64,000 nucleotides of DNA. Origin: Alphaproteobacteria bacterium. GTDB lineage: Bacteria; Pseudomonadota; Alphaproteobacteria; UBA828. The translations under genes were made by a program, and so were the position numbers. Each line of letters starts with the position of its first letter. Positions within the stretch are counted from its first letter, which is position 1. Below are positions 30,889 through 42,072 of this stretch, in pieces. The notes under the pieces were generated by a model. It did not search any database, was not told where the DNA came from, and saw only the letters and a program-made list of their open reading frames with translations. Location: assembly GCA_963667785.2 (NCBI GenBank), contig CAXXMU010000001.1:544001-608000 (forward strand). The letters run 5' to 3'.

Positions 30889-32028
30889 TCACTCGGCCAG
30901 CAGGCGGCGCGCGATGATGAGGCGCATGATCTCGTTGGTGCCTTCGAGGATCTGGTGGACCCGCAGGTCCCTGAGGTGGCGCTCGACCGGAAAATCCATG
31001 AGGTAGCCGTAGCCGCCCAGAAGCTGCAGCGCCTGGTTGCAGACGTCGAATCCCGCGTCGGTGGCGAAGCGCTTGGCCATGGCGATGGTCGCGGTCGCGC
31101 CGTCCTCGCCTGCGTCGTATGCGGCCGCGGCTTGGTGGATCATCAGGCGCGCGGCCTCGAGGCTCGTCGCCATGTCGGCGAGCGTGAACTGGAGCGCCTG
31201 GAAGTCGGCAAGCCTCTGGCCGAACTGCCGGCGCTGGAGCAGGTGATCGCGGGCGATCTCGAGGCTCGCCTGGGCGGCACCGATGGAGCAGGCGCCGATG
31301 TTGATGCGCCCGCCGTCGAGCCCGGCCATGGCGATCCTGAAGCCCTGGCCCTCCGTGCCGATCAAGTTTTCCACCGGCACGCGGCAGTCCTCGAAGTTCA
31401 CCATCGCCGTGGGCTGGCTGTGCCAGCCGAGCTTCTTCTCCTGGGCGCCGAAGGAGAGCCCCGGCGTGTCGCGCTCGACGGCGATGCACGAGATGCCGCC
31501 CGGCCCCGGCCCGCCGGTGCGCACCATGCAGACGTAGACGTCCGCCGCGCCGCCGCCGGAGATGAACGCCTTGGTGCCGTTCAGCACGTAGCAATCGCCC
31601 TCCCGCCGCGCGCCGGTGCTGAGCGATGCGGCGTCGGAGCCCGAGCCCGGCTCGGTCAGGCAGTAGCTCGCGAAATGCTCCATGCTGGCGAGGCGGGGCA
31701 GGAAGCGGCGGCGCTGCGGGTCCGCGCCGAAGGAGTCGATCATCCACGACGCCATGTTGTGGATCGAGACGTAGGCGGCGGTCGACGCGCAGCCCCGGGC
31801 GAGGCCCTCGAAGATCAGCGCGGCGTCCAGCCGGGAGAGGTTCGATCCGCCGACATCGTCCCTGACGTAAATCCCGCCGAAGCCGAGCGATGCGGCCTTG
31901 CGCAGCGTCTCCGTCGGGAAGGTGCAGTCGCGGTCCCAGGCCGCGGCGTGGGGCGCGAGCTCGTTCGCGGCGAAGCTCTCCGCGAGCTCGCGGAACGCCT
32001 GCTGCTCTTCCGAGAGAGAGAAGTCCAT
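30889..32028 (-). CDS. Acyl-CoA dehydrogenase (isobutyryl-CoA type)
   Basis: [35 protein letters not shown]; clustered with mmsB. Confidence 0.93.
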   Translation of the reverse strand: MDFSLSEEQQAFRELAESFAANELAPHAAAWDRDCTFPTETLRKAASLGFGGIYVRDDVGGSNLSRLDAALIFEGLARGCASTAAYVSIHNMASWMIDSFGADPQRRRFLPRLASMEHFASYCLTEPGSGSDAASLSTGARREGDCYVLNGTKAFISGGGAADVYVCMVRTGGPGPGGISCIAVERDTPGLSFGAQEKKLGWHSQPTAMVNFEDCRVPVENLIGTEGQGFRIAMAGLDGGRINIGACSIGAAQASLEIARDHLLQRRQFGQRLADFQALQFTLADMATSLEAARLMIHQAAAAYDAGEDGATATIAMAKRFATDAGFDVCNQALQLLGGYGYLMDFPVERHLRDLRVHQILEGTNEIMRLIIARRLLAE

Positions 32029-32035
32029 GGCGGCC

Positions 32036-33127
32036 CTAGCTTAGCGAGCGCCGGCGCGCTTGCGCGAGGCGAAATACCAGCGGGCCCGCGACCACGATCA
32101 GCATGATCCGCGCGACATGGTGGGTCGAGACGAAGGCGGCGGCGCTGCCGAAGGAAAGCGCGATCAGGCTCATCTCGGCGAGCCCGCCGGGGGCCAGCGC
32201 GAGGAAGAGGGCCGATCCGGAGAGGTCGGTCGCGCCTGCGAGCCCGTAGGCCGCGCCGGCCGCCACCAGCACCATCGCGACGGCGACCAGCGCCGCCAGC
32301 AGCATGACCCGCCCGAGCTCCCTGAAGGCCATGCCCACGAAGCGCGCGCCGATGGCCGCGCCCAGCACCACCTGGGCGGCGGCGATCAGCTCGCCCGGCG
32401 GGTGCGCCGAGACCAGGCCGCTCAGATGGAGCGCGGCGCTCAGCACCAGCGGGCCCACGAGCTGGGCCGCCGGCACGCGCAGCGCCTTGGCCGCCGGGTA
32501 GCCTGCGAGCGCGCAAGCCGCCAGCGCCACGAGGTCGAGCCAGGTGGCCTCGCCGCCGGCGGGCACCGGGAGCGCGAGCGGCTCGTAGCCCTCGAAGATG
32601 CGGTAGTAGAAGGCGATCAGGAAGACGGCGACGAGGATGCGCGTGCCGTGGGTGAGCGAGATCGTGCGCCCGTCGCCGCCCATGCTCTCGCCCAGCACCA
32701 TCATCTCGCTGAGCCCTCCCGGCATCGACGCGAAGTAGGCGGTCGCGCGGTCGTAGCCGCCGAGCCGGCGGAAGACGACGTAGGCCATGCCGGCCATCGC
32801 CGCCGTCGCGATGACGACGCCGGAAAGGCCCACGTACCAGTCGGCGATGCGGGCGAAGAGGTCGAGCGTGAACTGGCTGCCGAGCAGGACGCCCAGGATC
32901 GCGATCATGGCGTTGCGGACCTGCGGCGGCACGGCGAGCGGCGCGCCCGCGAGCGCGGCCGCCGTCGCGGCCGTCATGGCGCCGAGCATCCAGGGGAGCG
33001 GCAGGGCAAGCGCGAAGAAGATCGCCCCTCCGCCCGCGCCGAGGCCGAGCGAAAGGGCGAAGCGCTGCGAGGCGACGCGGAGCCGCGCCGCCGCCGGCCC
33101 GCCGAAGAAGGGAGCGCGCTCGCGCAT
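32036..33127 (-). CDS. AbrB family membrane protein
   Basis: PLPWMLG, PGGLSEM and PGGLAEM duplicated halves. Confidence 0.85.
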   Translation of the reverse strand: MRERAPFFGGPAAARLRVASQRFALSLGLGAGGGAIFFALALPLPWMLGAMTAATAAALAGAPLAVPPQVRNAMIAILGVLLGSQFTLDLFARIADWYVGLSGVVIATAAMAGMAYVVFRRLGGYDRATAYFASMPGGLSEMMVLGESMGGDGRTISLTHGTRILVAVFLIAFYYRIFEGYEPLALPVPAGGEATWLDLVALAACALAGYPAAKALRVPAAQLVGPLVLSAALHLSGLVSAHPPGELIAAAQVVLGAAIGARFVGMAFRELGRVMLLAALVAVAMVLVAAGAAYGLAGATDLSGSALFLALAPGGLAEMSLIALSFGSAAAFVSTHHVARIMLIVVAGPLVFRLAQARRRSLS

Positions 33128-33140
33128 CAGGCCCCGGCCC

Positions 33141-33911
33141 TCAGGAGGGCGTGAACTGTTCGCTGAGGATGCGCTCGGTCAGGTTGTGCTCGGGATCGAA
33201 GAGGAGGTTGATCGCCGTCGCGTGATCGACCGCGACCTCGACCGACGCCACGTCGCGCACCTCGGTGTAGTCGGCGACGGCGCTGACCGGCCGCTTGTCG
33301 TGCTCGATCACTTCCAGCCGCACCGTCGCCTCGTGCAGCAGGAGCGCGCCGCGCCAGCGCCTGGGCCTGAAGGCGCTGATCGGCGTCAGCGCCAGGATGT
33401 TGGCGCCGAGCGGGATGATCGGCCCGTGGGCGGAAAGGTTGTAGGCGGTGCTGCCGGCGGGCGTCGCCACCAGCACCCCGTCGCAGATGAGCTCGTCGAC
33501 CCGCACGACACCGTCCACGCTGATCCTGATCTTGGCGGCCTGGCGGGTCTCGCGCAGCATCGAGACCTCGTTGATGGCGAGCGCCTCCTGTGTGCTTCCA
33601 TGGATCGATTCCGCCCGCATGCGGAGCGGATGCAGGACCGTGCCGTGCGCCCGCTCGAGCCGCGCGGGCAGATCCTCGATCGAGAACTCGTTCATCAGGA
33701 AGCCCACCGTGCCCCGGCTCATGCCGTAGATCGGCTTGCTCCGACGCAGGAAGCGATGCTGCGTCTCCAGCATGAAGCCGTCGCCGCCGAGCGCCACGAT
33801 GACGTCGGCGTCGGCCGGCTCGGCGAGGGGATAGCGGGCGGCGATCTCCGCCAGCGCGGCCTGGGCATCGTCCGAGGTCGACGCGACGGCGGCGATCCTG
33901 CGGTAGCGCAT
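33141..33911 (-). CDS. nadK: NAD kinase
   Basis: [35 protein letters not shown]. Confidence 0.96.
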   Translation of the reverse strand: MRYRRIAAVASTSDDAQAALAEIAARYPLAEPADADVIVALGGDGFMLETQHRFLRRSKPIYGMSRGTVGFLMNEFSIEDLPARLERAHGTVLHPLRMRAESIHGSTQEALAINEVSMLRETRQAAKIRISVDGVVRVDELICDGVLVATPAGSTAYNLSAHGPIIPLGANILALTPISAFRPRRWRGALLLHEATVRLEVIEHDKRPVSAVADYTEVRDVASVEVAVDHATAINLLFDPEHNLTERILSEQFTPS

Positions 33912-33966
33912 TAGCTCCCCCGGTGGGCTGCGCAGGCGCTGCGCGGAAGGCGGGTCGGGCGGCGGC

Positions 33967-34959
33967 TCAGCCGCCGGTCACGCTCATGTGACGGCTGACC
34001 GCCGGGCGCGAGTGGCGGCGGTCGATGACGAAGTCGTGGCCCTTGGGCTTGCGCCCGATAGCCTCGTGGATCGCCGCGATTAGGGTCTCGTCGCTCTCGC
34101 TGCGCCGGAGCGGCGTGCGCAGGTCGGCCGCGTCCTCCTGGCCCAGGCACATGTAGAGCGTGCCGGTGCAGGTGAGCCGAACCCGGTTGCAGGCCTCGCA
34201 GAAGTTGTGGGTGAGCGGCGTGATGAAGCCGAGCCGCTGGCCGGTCTCGCGCACCGTGACATAGCGCGCCGGCCCGCCCGTGCGGTGGTCGCTCTCGTCC
34301 AGGGTCCAGCGCTTGCGCAGCCGCGCGCGCACCATGGAGAGCGGCAGGTACTGCTCGGTGCGGTCGCCGTCGATCTCGCCCAGGGGCATGGTCTCGATGA
34401 AGGTGAGGTCGTGGCCCTCGGCCGCGCACCAGGCGACCAGGTCCTCGATCTCGTGCTCGTTGACGCCGCGCAGCGCCACGGTGTTGATCTTCACCCTGAG
34501 GCCCGCCGCGCGCGCCGCCTCGATCCCCTCCAGCACCTGCTCGAGCCGGCCCCAGCGGGTGATCCGGGCGAAGGCCTCGGGATCGCGGGTATCGAGGGAG
34601 ATGTTCACCCGGCGCACGCCGGCGGCACGGAGCCGCTCGGCATAGCGCGGGAGCTGGCTGCCGTTGGTGGTGAGCGTGAGCTCGTCGAGGGCGCCCGTCG
34701 CGAGGTGCCGGCCCAGGCTCTCGAACAGCCCGATGACGCCTTTCCGCACCAGCGGCTCGCCGCCGGTGATGCGGAGCTTGCGCACGCCGAGGCGTACGAA
34801 GGCGCTGCAGAGGCGATCGAGCTCCTCCAGCGTCAGCAGCTCCGCCTTGGGCAGGAAGCTCATGTGCTCCGACATGCAGTAGACGCAGCGGAAGTCGCAC
34901 CGATCGGTGACGGAGACCCGCAAGTAGGTGACGTGACGCTCGAATGGGTCGATCAGCAT
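33967..34959 (-). CDS. moaA: GTP 3',8-cyclase MoaA
   Basis: [29 protein letters not shown]-terminal GG. Confidence 0.97.
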   Translation of the reverse strand: MLIDPFERHVTYLRVSVTDRCDFRCVYCMSEHMSFLPKAELLTLEELDRLCSAFVRLGVRKLRITGGEPLVRKGVIGLFESLGRHLATGALDELTLTTNGSQLPRYAERLRAAGVRRVNISLDTRDPEAFARITRWGRLEQVLEGIEAARAAGLRVKINTVALRGVNEHEIEDLVAWCAAEGHDLTFIETMPLGEIDGDRTEQYLPLSMVRARLRKRWTLDESDHRTGGPARYVTVRETGQRLGFITPLTHNFCEACNRVRLTCTGTLYMCLGQEDAADLRTPLRRSESDETLIAAIHEAIGRKPKGHDFVIDRRHSRPAVSRHMSVTGG

Positions 34960-35207
34960 GTGTCTTCCGCTCCGAAGGCCCGCGGCGGCCACCCGGCCCC
35001 GCGGCCCGGACCATATTACGCGACGGCGCCGATTTTCTCTTGGGGAATCTGGGGACGATTCGGCCGGCGCCAAGGCGGCGGCTGACGAAGGCTTTCGCCA
35101 TCCGCCCTTGACTCACCGCGCCTGACTCCGCGAATTCGGGCCACGCGTGGCGGGCGCAGCGCGACCCGCGCGGCGGGCGATGGACGGGTATCGGAGAGGA
35201 GGCGGCC

Positions 35208-36557
35208 GTGGCCGAAGACGCAGGGCAAGGCGCCCAGGATCGGATCGGGGATGCGCAGGCGCAGCTCGAGCGCGACGGCATCCAGCATGTCCGCTTCGAG
35301 CTGCCGGACATGCACGGCTCGGCACGCTCCAAGCAGGTGCCGGTGGAACGGTTCGCCGCCACCGCGCGCGAGGGCCTCAACATGTATGGCGGTATCGTCG
35401 CTCTCGACTCCGCCTCGCACGTGATCCCCGGCACCCTCTACAACGAGGAGGTCAAGTACAAGGACCAGACGCTGCGTCCCGACCTTTCGACGCTCGCGCA
35501 GGTGCCGTGGCTCGAGGGCACGGCGAAGGTGATCTGCGACACCGAGTGGGAGGACGGAACGCCGCTTCGCGCGGCGCCTCGCCACGTCGCCCGCCGCATG
35601 CTCGAGCGGGCCGCGGAGCTCGGCTTCGGCATCCAGAGCGCCCACGAGTACGAGTTCTTCGTGCTGGAGCAGGGCACGCACCAGCCGCTCTTCGGCGGCG
35701 TCCACATTTTCAACAATCTGCGCAACGAGCACCTGCCTGCGATCCGCCAGGTGGTGGACGGCCTGCGTGCGGCCGGCATCCCGATGCTTACGGCGAACGC
35801 CGAGTACGCGCCCTCGCAGTACGAGCTGGTCTACCGCCATGCCGAGGGGATGGAGGGCCTCGACAACGCGTTCACCTTCAAGAACGGGGTCAAGGAGATC
35901 GTCCAGCACGCGGGCTACACCGCGACCTTCATGGGCAAGCCTGCGGCCGGCATGGCGGGCTCCGGCTGCCACTACCACATCAGCCTGCACGAGCGGGAGA
36001 GCGGCCGTAGCGCCTTCTACGACGCCGACGACCCCAGTGCCATGACGCCCACGCTCAGGCATTTCGTACAGGGGATCATCGATCACGGCGCCGCCTGCAT
36101 GGCGCTCTTCAACCCGACGCCAAACTGCTACCGCCGGCTCACGCCCCACACCTTCGCGCCGTCGAACGTGAGCTGGGGCGAGGAGGACCGCAGCGCCATG
36201 GTGCGCATCAAGCAGCCGGGCGCGCCGGGGATGCATGTGGAGATGCGGGCGTCGTCGGCCATCAGCAACCCCTACCTCTGCGCCGCCGGCACGCTGGCCT
36301 GCGGGCTGCTCGGACTTGCAGAGGAGCGCGCGCTCGTCGCGCAGTCCGAGGGGCCGAGCGAGGACGATCCCACCCTCGCACCCTTCCCGGCCACGCTGGA
36401 GGCGGCGCTCGCCGCGATGGAGGCGGATTCCGCGGTGGTGGACCTGCTGGGCGAGGAGTTCGTCACCGTCTTCACAACGATGAAGCGCGCCGAGCTCGCC
36501 CGCTTCAACGCCCATGTCACCCAGTGGGAGCGCGAGGAGTATATCGAGCTCTACTGA
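35208..36557 (+). CDS. Glutamine synthetase-like gamma-glutamyl ligase
   Basis: EYAPSQYE, ATFMGKP, GSGCHYHISL, NCYRRL, DRSAMVR, EMR, NPYL. Confidence 0.88.
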   Translation: MAEDAGQGAQDRIGDAQAQLERDGIQHVRFELPDMHGSARSKQVPVERFAATAREGLNMYGGIVALDSASHVIPGTLYNEEVKYKDQTLRPDLSTLAQVPWLEGTAKVICDTEWEDGTPLRAAPRHVARRMLERAAELGFGIQSAHEYEFFVLEQGTHQPLFGGVHIFNNLRNEHLPAIRQVVDGLRAAGIPMLTANAEYAPSQYELVYRHAEGMEGLDNAFTFKNGVKEIVQHAGYTATFMGKPAAGMAGSGCHYHISLHERESGRSAFYDADDPSAMTPTLRHFVQGIIDHGAACMALFNPTPNCYRRLTPHTFAPSNVSWGEEDRSAMVRIKQPGAPGMHVEMRASSAISNPYLCAAGTLACGLLGLAEERALVAQSEGPSEDDPTLAPFPATLEAALAAMEADSAVVDLLGEEFVTVFTTMKRAELARFNAHVTQWEREEYIELY

Positions 36558-36575
36558 GGCGGGTAGCGCCGTCGC

Positions 36576-37595
36576 CTAGCGGAAGTGCGGGAGCACGTGG
36601 TCGGCGTAGGCCGCGACGATCTGCTCCTCGCCGCCGTTGGTGAGATAGATGTTGAACTGGGTGACGCCCGCCGCCTCCAGCGCCCGGATCTTCTCGACAT
36701 GGGCCTCGGCCGGGCCGATCACGCAGAAGTCCTCGGTGATCTCAGGCGTGACGTAGGCGCTGTTGTCCGATTCCAGCGCCGTGTGCTGGTGGTAGTCGTA
36801 GCCCTCGTCGGCGCCGACGCCGTCGCGCCGCGCGATGTATGAGGTGAGGCTCGCCGGAACCAGATCGGTGCCGGCGCCGTGGTGCTTGACGATGTCGGCC
36901 ACGTGGTTGCCGACCAGCGCCGGGAACCACTTGGTCTGGGCGATCCCGGTCTCGCGGTCGCCTACCCAGACGGGCGCGCAGGCCATGACTCGGTAGCCCG
37001 CCATGTCGCGGCCCTCGGCGGCGCCCGCGGCGCGCGCCTGGTCCCCCATCCATTGGCAGAGGCCCACATCGGCGAGCTGCACGATGAGCCCGTCGCCGAC
37101 GCGGCCGGCCGCCGCCAGCGCCCTGGGCCCGTAGGCTGCGATCCAGACCGGCATCTCGTAGCCGCCGGTCCAGTCGAACTGCACCGGCTCGGGCGCGCCG
37201 GCGTAGCTCACCGCGTCGCCCCGCACCAGCGCCTTCATGGCCCGGCAGAACTCCTCCAGCCGGGCGACCGTCGCCGGCCGCTTGCCGATCACCCTGACGG
37301 CGCTGTCGCCGCGCCCCACGCCCATGTCGAAGCGGCCTTCGGACTGCACCGCCATCGCCGCGAAGAGGCTCGCCGCCACCGACCAGTCGCGGGTCACCGG
37401 GTTGGTCACGCAGGGGCCGAAGCGCAGCCTGGACGTGTGCTCGATGGCGACCGCCATCTGCGGATAGAGGTCGCGCCACAGCACGTGGCTGTCGAAGAAC
37501 CAGGCATAGTCGAAGCCCGCGGCCTCGGCCTGTCGGCAGATGGCGACGACGCGCTCCTTCTCGAGATCGCCGCGAAAGGTGATGGCGAATTCCAT
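36576..37595 (-). CDS. LLM-class putative F420-dependent oxidoreductase (TIGR03842-like)
   Basis: FDSHVLW, GPCVTNPVTRDWSVAASLFA, GRGDSAVR, AAYGPRAL; follows npdG. Confidence 0.8.
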   Translation of the reverse strand: MEFAITFRGDLEKERVVAICRQAEAAGFDYAWFFDSHVLWRDLYPQMAVAIEHTSRLRFGPCVTNPVTRDWSVAASLFAAMAVQSEGRFDMGVGRGDSAVRVIGKRPATVARLEEFCRAMKALVRGDAVSYAGAPEPVQFDWTGGYEMPVWIAAYGPRALAAAGRVGDGLIVQLADVGLCQWMGDQARAAGAAEGRDMAGYRVMACAPVWVGDRETGIAQTKWFPALVGNHVADIVKHHGAGTDLVPASLTSYIARRDGVGADEGYDYHQHTALESDNSAYVTPEITEDFCVIGPAEAHVEKIRALEAAGVTQFNIYLTNGGEEQIVAAYADHVLPHFR

Positions 37596-37606
37596 GTCAG
37601 CCCCCG

Positions 37607-38275
37607 TCACTCGCTTTCCGGCCAGATTCGCACGCCCGCGTGCTTGAAGCCCGTCGTCTTCGACATGTTGAGGCGGATGAGCAGCGGGGTGATCGCCTCG
37701 ATGCAGCGGGCGCTCTCGGCCGGGCCGCAGTTGTAGGCGCGGGCGCCGATGGTCTCGATCAGCGCCATCACGTCCCGCTTCGCCTCGAGGTCGTCGCCGC
37801 AGACGAGAATGTCGCAGTTGATCGGCTGATCGAGCGCGGCCAGCACATGGGCGGAGACGTTGTGCAGCGCGCCGACCACGGCGCAGCCCTCGCCCAGCAT
37901 CGCCTGCGCCGCCTCGGTCGCCGAGCCCTCGGGCGGCATCGCCGCCTTGCGCGGGTTGCCGGCGGCGAGCGGCACCGCCATGTCGACCAGGATCTTGCCC
38001 TGCAGCGCGCCCGCCAGCCCGGCCAGCGTCGCCTGATGAGCCGACCACGGCACCGCCAGCACCACCAGCCGGTCTGCGCGGGCGACCGCGTCCGCATTGG
38101 CCGCGCCGGCGATGCTCCCCGGCGCACCGGGGACGCCCGCCCTGAGCTCGGCGGCGATGTCGGCCGCCCGGTCGGCGTCGCGCGAGCCCACGACGATATC
38201 GATCCCGGCGAGCGCGCAGCGCTGCGCCAGGCCGCGCCCCTGCGGGCCGGTGCCTCCGATCACGGCGATCGCCAT
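37607..38275 (-). CDS. npdG: NADPH-dependent F420 reductase
   Basis: [47 protein letters not shown]. Confidence 0.87.
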   Translation of the reverse strand: MAIAVIGGTGPQGRGLAQRCALAGIDIVVGSRDADRAADIAAELRAGVPGAPGSIAGAANADAVARADRLVVLAVPWSAHQATLAGLAGALQGKILVDMAVPLAAGNPRKAAMPPEGSATEAAQAMLGEGCAVVGALHNVSAHVLAALDQPINCDILVCGDDLEAKRDVMALIETIGARAYNCGPAESARCIEAITPLLIRLNMSKTTGFKHAGVRIWPESE

Positions 38276-38303
38276 GGCTCTCTCCCGCAGTTTCCCGGCG
38301 CCG

Positions 38304-38828
38304 TCAGGCGTCGTAGGCGACGAGCGAGGTGACCGGCAGGTCGAGGCGCGCCCGCCCGCCGAGGAAGGTCAGCTCGATGATGAAGGCCGCGGCCACCACC
38401 TCGGCGCCGACCCGACGCAGCAGCGCGTGCGCCGCCGCCGCAGTGCCGCCGGTCGCCAGCAGGTCGTCGAGGAGGACGACCCGCTGGCCGGGGGCGATGG
38501 CATCGGCCTGCACCTCGACCTGGTCGGCGCCGTATTCGAGCTCGTAGCGGTGCGCCACGGTCTTTCCCGGCAGCTTGCCCTTCTTGCGCACCATGATGAA
38601 GCCGCAGCCGAGCGCGTGCGCCAGCGGGGCCGCGACCAGGAAGCCGCGCGATTCGATCCCCGCGAGAAGATCGGGCTCGTGCTCGCGCACCACGCCCGAG
38701 AGGCGGCGTACCGTCTCGGTCCATGCCGGCCCGTGGGCGAGCAGCGTCGACAGGTCGTAGAAGAGGATACCGGGCTTGGGGAAGTCGGGAATCGCGCGGA
38801 TATGCTCGCGCAGGTCGATGGCGGACAT
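38304..38828 (-). CDS. apt: Adenine phosphoribosyltransferase
   Basis: [37 protein letters not shown]. Confidence 0.97.
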   Translation of the reverse strand: MSAIDLREHIRAIPDFPKPGILFYDLSTLLAHGPAWTETVRRLSGVVREHEPDLLAGIESRGFLVAAPLAHALGCGFIMVRKKGKLPGKTVAHRYELEYGADQVEVQADAIAPGQRVVLLDDLLATGGTAAAAHALLRRVGAEVVAAAFIIELTFLGGRARLDLPVTSLVAYDA

Positions 38829-38879
38829 GGCCGCCCCCGGCACCCCAGGCCTACCCTGCGCCGATCGTGACCTCCCCGG

Positions 38880-39269
38880 TCACTCGGCGCCGGTCGCTTC
38901 CTTGAGATAGGCGATCAGGTTCAGGCGGTCTTTTTCCTTCTTGACCCCCCTGAATGCCATCTTGTTCTTCGGGATGTAGCCCTTGGGGTCGGCGATGTAC
39001 GCGAGGATGGTCTCCTCGCTCCACACGATGCCGGCTTCCTTCATCGCCTTCGAGTACTTCTTGAATCCCTCGGCCGTGCCCGAGGTGCGGCCGAAGACGC
39101 CGTACAGGTTGGGGCCCTGCTTGTGCTTTCCGCCTTCCTTGACGGTGTGGCAGACCTTGCACTTCTTGAAGACCTTCTTGCCCTTCCCCGCATCTGCGGC
39201 GATGGCGGACGCGCTCGCCGCCATCATGGCGGAGGCGAGGGCGATGGCGAGAACGTGTCGTGCGCGCAC
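38880..39269 (-). CDS. Class I cytochrome c (c2/c550-like)
   Basis: Signal peptide; [26 protein letters not shown]; GTG start with GGGAG RBS. Confidence 0.93.
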   Translation of the reverse strand: MRARHVLAIALASAMMAASASAIAADAGKGKKVFKKCKVCHTVKEGGKHKQGPNLYGVFGRTSGTAEGFKKYSKAMKEAGIVWSEETILAYIADPKGYIPKNKMAFRGVKKEKDRLNLIAYLKEATGAE

Positions 39270-39371
39270 GGGAATCTCCCTGGTCATGGCCCCGATCGGC
39301 CAGTGTGGGGGTGCGAGGATAGGCCGGGTTCGCACCCTCGATCAAGGACACCCGGCCTTGTGCAACCGGCC

Positions 39372-40634
39372 CTATTGCGCGCGGTATTCCTCGTCCAGGA
39401 AGAAGCGGCTGTCGTACTCCTCCACGCCGAGGTGACACTCGGCGCAGAACTCGACCCGCGCCGCGCCCTTGCCGCCGGTCGCGCCGATCACCTTGCCGCT
39501 CGGCATGATCAGCGTGTAGCGCCAGTCGCCCGTATCGGGGTCGAATCCCGCCTCCATCTTCTCCATCAGGAAGAGCGGCCCAGCACCCACCCGGCCGCCG
39601 GCGGTGACGGTGAAGCTGTCCTTGGCGAGCACGGTGCCCACAGGCGCGGGACCGGCCTCCTCGAAGAGGGCGTAGTTATCGGCGCCGATATCGTTGGCGT
39701 AGTTGTTGACGTAGCGCGCCCCGTGGGTGTCCGAGACATAGGGCTGGGCGGCGACGTTCCGCCAGCCCAGGTAGGACGCGGCCCACTGATTGCCGGACTT
39801 CGCATAGCCCTCGGCCATGGCCCCGCTGATGCAGGCGTAGGCGTCGCGGGCTTCGTCCGCCGTCAGCTCGACCTCCTCGCCGGCAGCACAGGGGTTGCAC
39901 GGCCCGCAGGGGTTACAGGGAGCGCACGGATTGCAGGCCGCCGCGCACGGGTTGCACGCCGCCGCGCACGGATTGCATGGGTTGCAGGGAGAGCACGGGT
40001 TGCACGCCGCCGCGCATGGATTGCAAGCCGCCGCGCAGGGGTTGCACGGATTGCAGGGAGCGCACGGATTGCAAGCCGCCGCGCATGGATTGCAGGGGTT
40101 GCAGGGAGCGCACGGATTACAGGCCGCCGCACAGGGGTTGCACGGAGCACACGGTCCGCAGGGGCCGCTCGCTGCGGCGAGGCGCGGCACGACGCAATCG
40201 GAACTCGCCGCCGCGCCCGCCGCACAGGGATTGCACGCACCGCACGGCCCGCAGGCGCCGGCACAGGGGTTGCATGGGTTGCACGCCCCGCACGGGTTGC
40301 ACGGCCCACACGGGCCGCAAGCAGCCGCGCACGGGTTGCACGGATTGCAGGGACTGCACGGGCCGCAGGCGCTTGCGCACGGCCTGCACGGATTACAGGG
40401 ATTGCAGGCTGCCGCGCAGGGGTTGCACGGGTTACAGGCCCCACACGGGTTGCACGGCCCGCACGGATTGCAGGAGGCGAGCTGGAGAGCGCCCGCGTCC
40501 TGCTGCGGCGGAGCCACGGCCGGCGCATCGCCGTCGGGCGCGCTGGCCAGGGCGTGGCCGCCGCCGGCGGCGACCGCGAGGCCGATGACCACGGGGACCA
40601 CCGTTCCGGCGAGCAGGGGTTTCGTGCGTGGCAT
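39372..40634 (-). CDS. Secreted poly-cysteine (CNPC-repeat) protein fused to a cytochrome P460-type domain
   Basis: GAGGGAGG RBS; signal peptide ending HALA; two Cys-x-Pro/CAAA blocks; C-terminal [20 protein letters not shown] and CAECH near the C-terminus. Confidence 0.85.
   Translation of the reverse strand: MPRTKPLLAGTVVPVVIGLAVAAGGGHALASAPDGDAPAVAPPQQDAGALQLASCNPCGPCNPCGACNPCNPCAAACNPCNPCRPCASACGPCSPCNPCNPCAAACGPCGPCNPCGACNPCNPCAGACGPCGACNPCAAGAAASSDCVVPRLAAASGPCGPCAPCNPCAAACNPCAPCNPCNPCAAACNPCAPCNPCNPCAAACNPCAAACNPCSPCNPCNPCAAACNPCAAACNPCAPCNPCGPCNPCAAGEEVELTADEARDAYACISGAMAEGYAKSGNQWAASYLGWRNVAAQPYVSDTHGARYVNNYANDIGADNYALFEEAGPAPVGTVLAKDSFTVTAGGRVGAGPLFLMEKMEAGFDPDTGDWRYTLIMPSGKVIGATGGKGAARVEFCAECHLGVEEYDSRFFLDEEYRAQ
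39885..40472 (-). repeat. Coding tandem repeats of 9/12-bp units ([13 protein letters not shown])
   Basis: Recurrent gcacgggttgca/gcagggg and gccgccgcgca units with synonymous variation. Confidence 0.9.
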
Positions 40635-40772
40635 GTCGGGCCTCCCTCGTTGACCGTATCCGTCGCGACGTGTCCGTCGCGAATTGTCGACGAGTGCATG
40701 GTGCGGAGCAAACCCCTTCGACTCAAATTTTTGTGATTCCCGCGTCGGGCGGGCGGGGGCTACGCTCATCCG

Positions 40773-41636
40773 ATGATCGCTCTCCGTGCCGCTCTTGCCG
40801 CGTGTCTCGTCGTCGCCGGCGCGCTGCTCGCGGGCTCCGCAGAGGCCGCTGGCGCGATCGTGCCGGAGGTGGTCGAGGTTCCGGCCGGCTCCTTCATCGC
40901 GGGCTCCGATGCGGCCGAGCGCGAGTACGCCTACCGGCTCGACGAGGCGGCCTACGGCCACTCCCGGACTCGCGAGCGCGGCTGGTACGACCGCGAGCGC
41001 CCGCGCGGCCCCAAGTCGCTCGACGGCTTCCTCATCACGCGCAACCTGATTACCAACGCCCAGTACCGGGCGTTCGTGGCTGCCACGGGCCATCGCGTCC
41101 CCGATGTCGATCCCGAGACCTGGCGCGGCTATCGGCTCATCCACCCCTATGAGCGCACCCGCCGCCATGCGTGGGCGGACGGCCGGCCGCCGCCGGGGCG
41201 GGAGAATCATCCCGTGGTCATGGTCTCGCACGGCGACGCCATGGCCTATGCGGCCTGGCTCTCGGCCGAGAGCGGGCACGGCTGGCGGCTCGCCACCGAG
41301 CTCGAATGGGAGAAGGCCGCGCGCGGGACCGACGGCCGCTTCTTCCCCTGGGGCGACACCTTCGACCCGGCCCTGCTCAACAGCCACGACAACGGTCCTT
41401 TCGACACGCTGCCCGCCGGCAGCTTTCCCGCAGGCGCGAGCCCTTACGGCCTGCTCGACGCGGCGGGTCAGGTCTTCGAGTGGACGGCGTCGCCGGGCAA
41501 TCCGGGGCGCTTCCTCGTGAAGGGCGGATCGTGGGACGACAGCGGCTGCGGCATCTGCCGTCCTGCGGCGCGGCACGGGCGGCCGGCGGACATCAAGCAC
41601 ATCCTCGTCGGCTTCCGCCTCGTCAGGGAGCCGTAG
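40773..41636 (+). CDS. Secreted formylglycine-generating enzyme (SUMF1/EgtB/PvdO) fold protein
   Basis: Signal peptide; [64 protein letters not shown]. Confidence 0.9.
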   Translation: MIALRAALAACLVVAGALLAGSAEAAGAIVPEVVEVPAGSFIAGSDAAEREYAYRLDEAAYGHSRTRERGWYDRERPRGPKSLDGFLITRNLITNAQYRAFVAATGHRVPDVDPETWRGYRLIHPYERTRRHAWADGRPPPGRENHPVVMVSHGDAMAYAAWLSAESGHGWRLATELEWEKAARGTDGRFFPWGDTFDPALLNSHDNGPFDTLPAGSFPAGASPYGLLDAAGQVFEWTASPGNPGRFLVKGGSWDDSGCGICRPAARHGRPADIKHILVGFRLVREP

Positions 41637-41676
41637 AGGACGGAGAGCCGGCACTGGCCCGCTCCCGTCGCCGCGT

Positions 41677-42072
41677 TCACGGCCTGCGCGCCAGGAGATC
41701 GATTTCGACACGGGCGCCGAGGGCGAGCCCGGTGACGCCGACGCAGGTCCGCGCCGGGCGCCGCTCGGGATCGAAGTAGGTCTCGTAGACCGCGTTCATC
41801 GCCGCGTAGTCCTCCTCGAAGTGCGTGAGATAGACCCGCGCGACGATTACGTGCTCGAGCCCGAGGCCGAGAGAGTCGAGCACGACCTTCAGATTGGCCA
41901 TGACGTTCCGGGTCTGGCCCTCGATGCCGGCGGGCAGGGGAGCGGCCTCGTCCTTCGGATCGTTGGGCATTTGACCTGTGACGAACACCCAGCCATCCGC
42001 TTCGACGGCGTGGCTGAAGGGAGCCACCGGCGTCGGTGCGCCGGCCGCCATGTGAAAGATCGGTGCTGTCAT
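41677..42072 (-). CDS. RidA/YjgF family protein
   Basis: [31 protein letters not shown]. Confidence 0.9.
   Translation of the reverse strand: MTAPIFHMAAGAPTPVAPFSHAVEADGWVFVTGQMPNDPKDEAAPLPAGIEGQTRNVMANLKVVLDSLGLGLEHVIVARVYLTHFEEDYAAMNAVYETYFDPERRPARTCVGVTGLALGARVEIDLLARRP

Noticed and set aside
39885-40472. Multiheme cytochrome or CRISPR interpretation of the repeats
   Set aside because: No His after the CxxC motifs, no unique spacers and no cas genes; the repeats are in-frame coding units.
39895-40653. Plus-strand ORF with HGLQ/HGLH repeats (apparent His-rich protein)
   Set aside because: Antisense shadow of the CNPC codons; the RBS, signal peptide and P460 domain are all on the minus strand.
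40635-41711. N-terminal extension of the 779-aa ORF 39372..41711
   Set aside because: Overlaps the FGE-like gene antisense; the real start at 40634 has a strong RBS and signal peptide.
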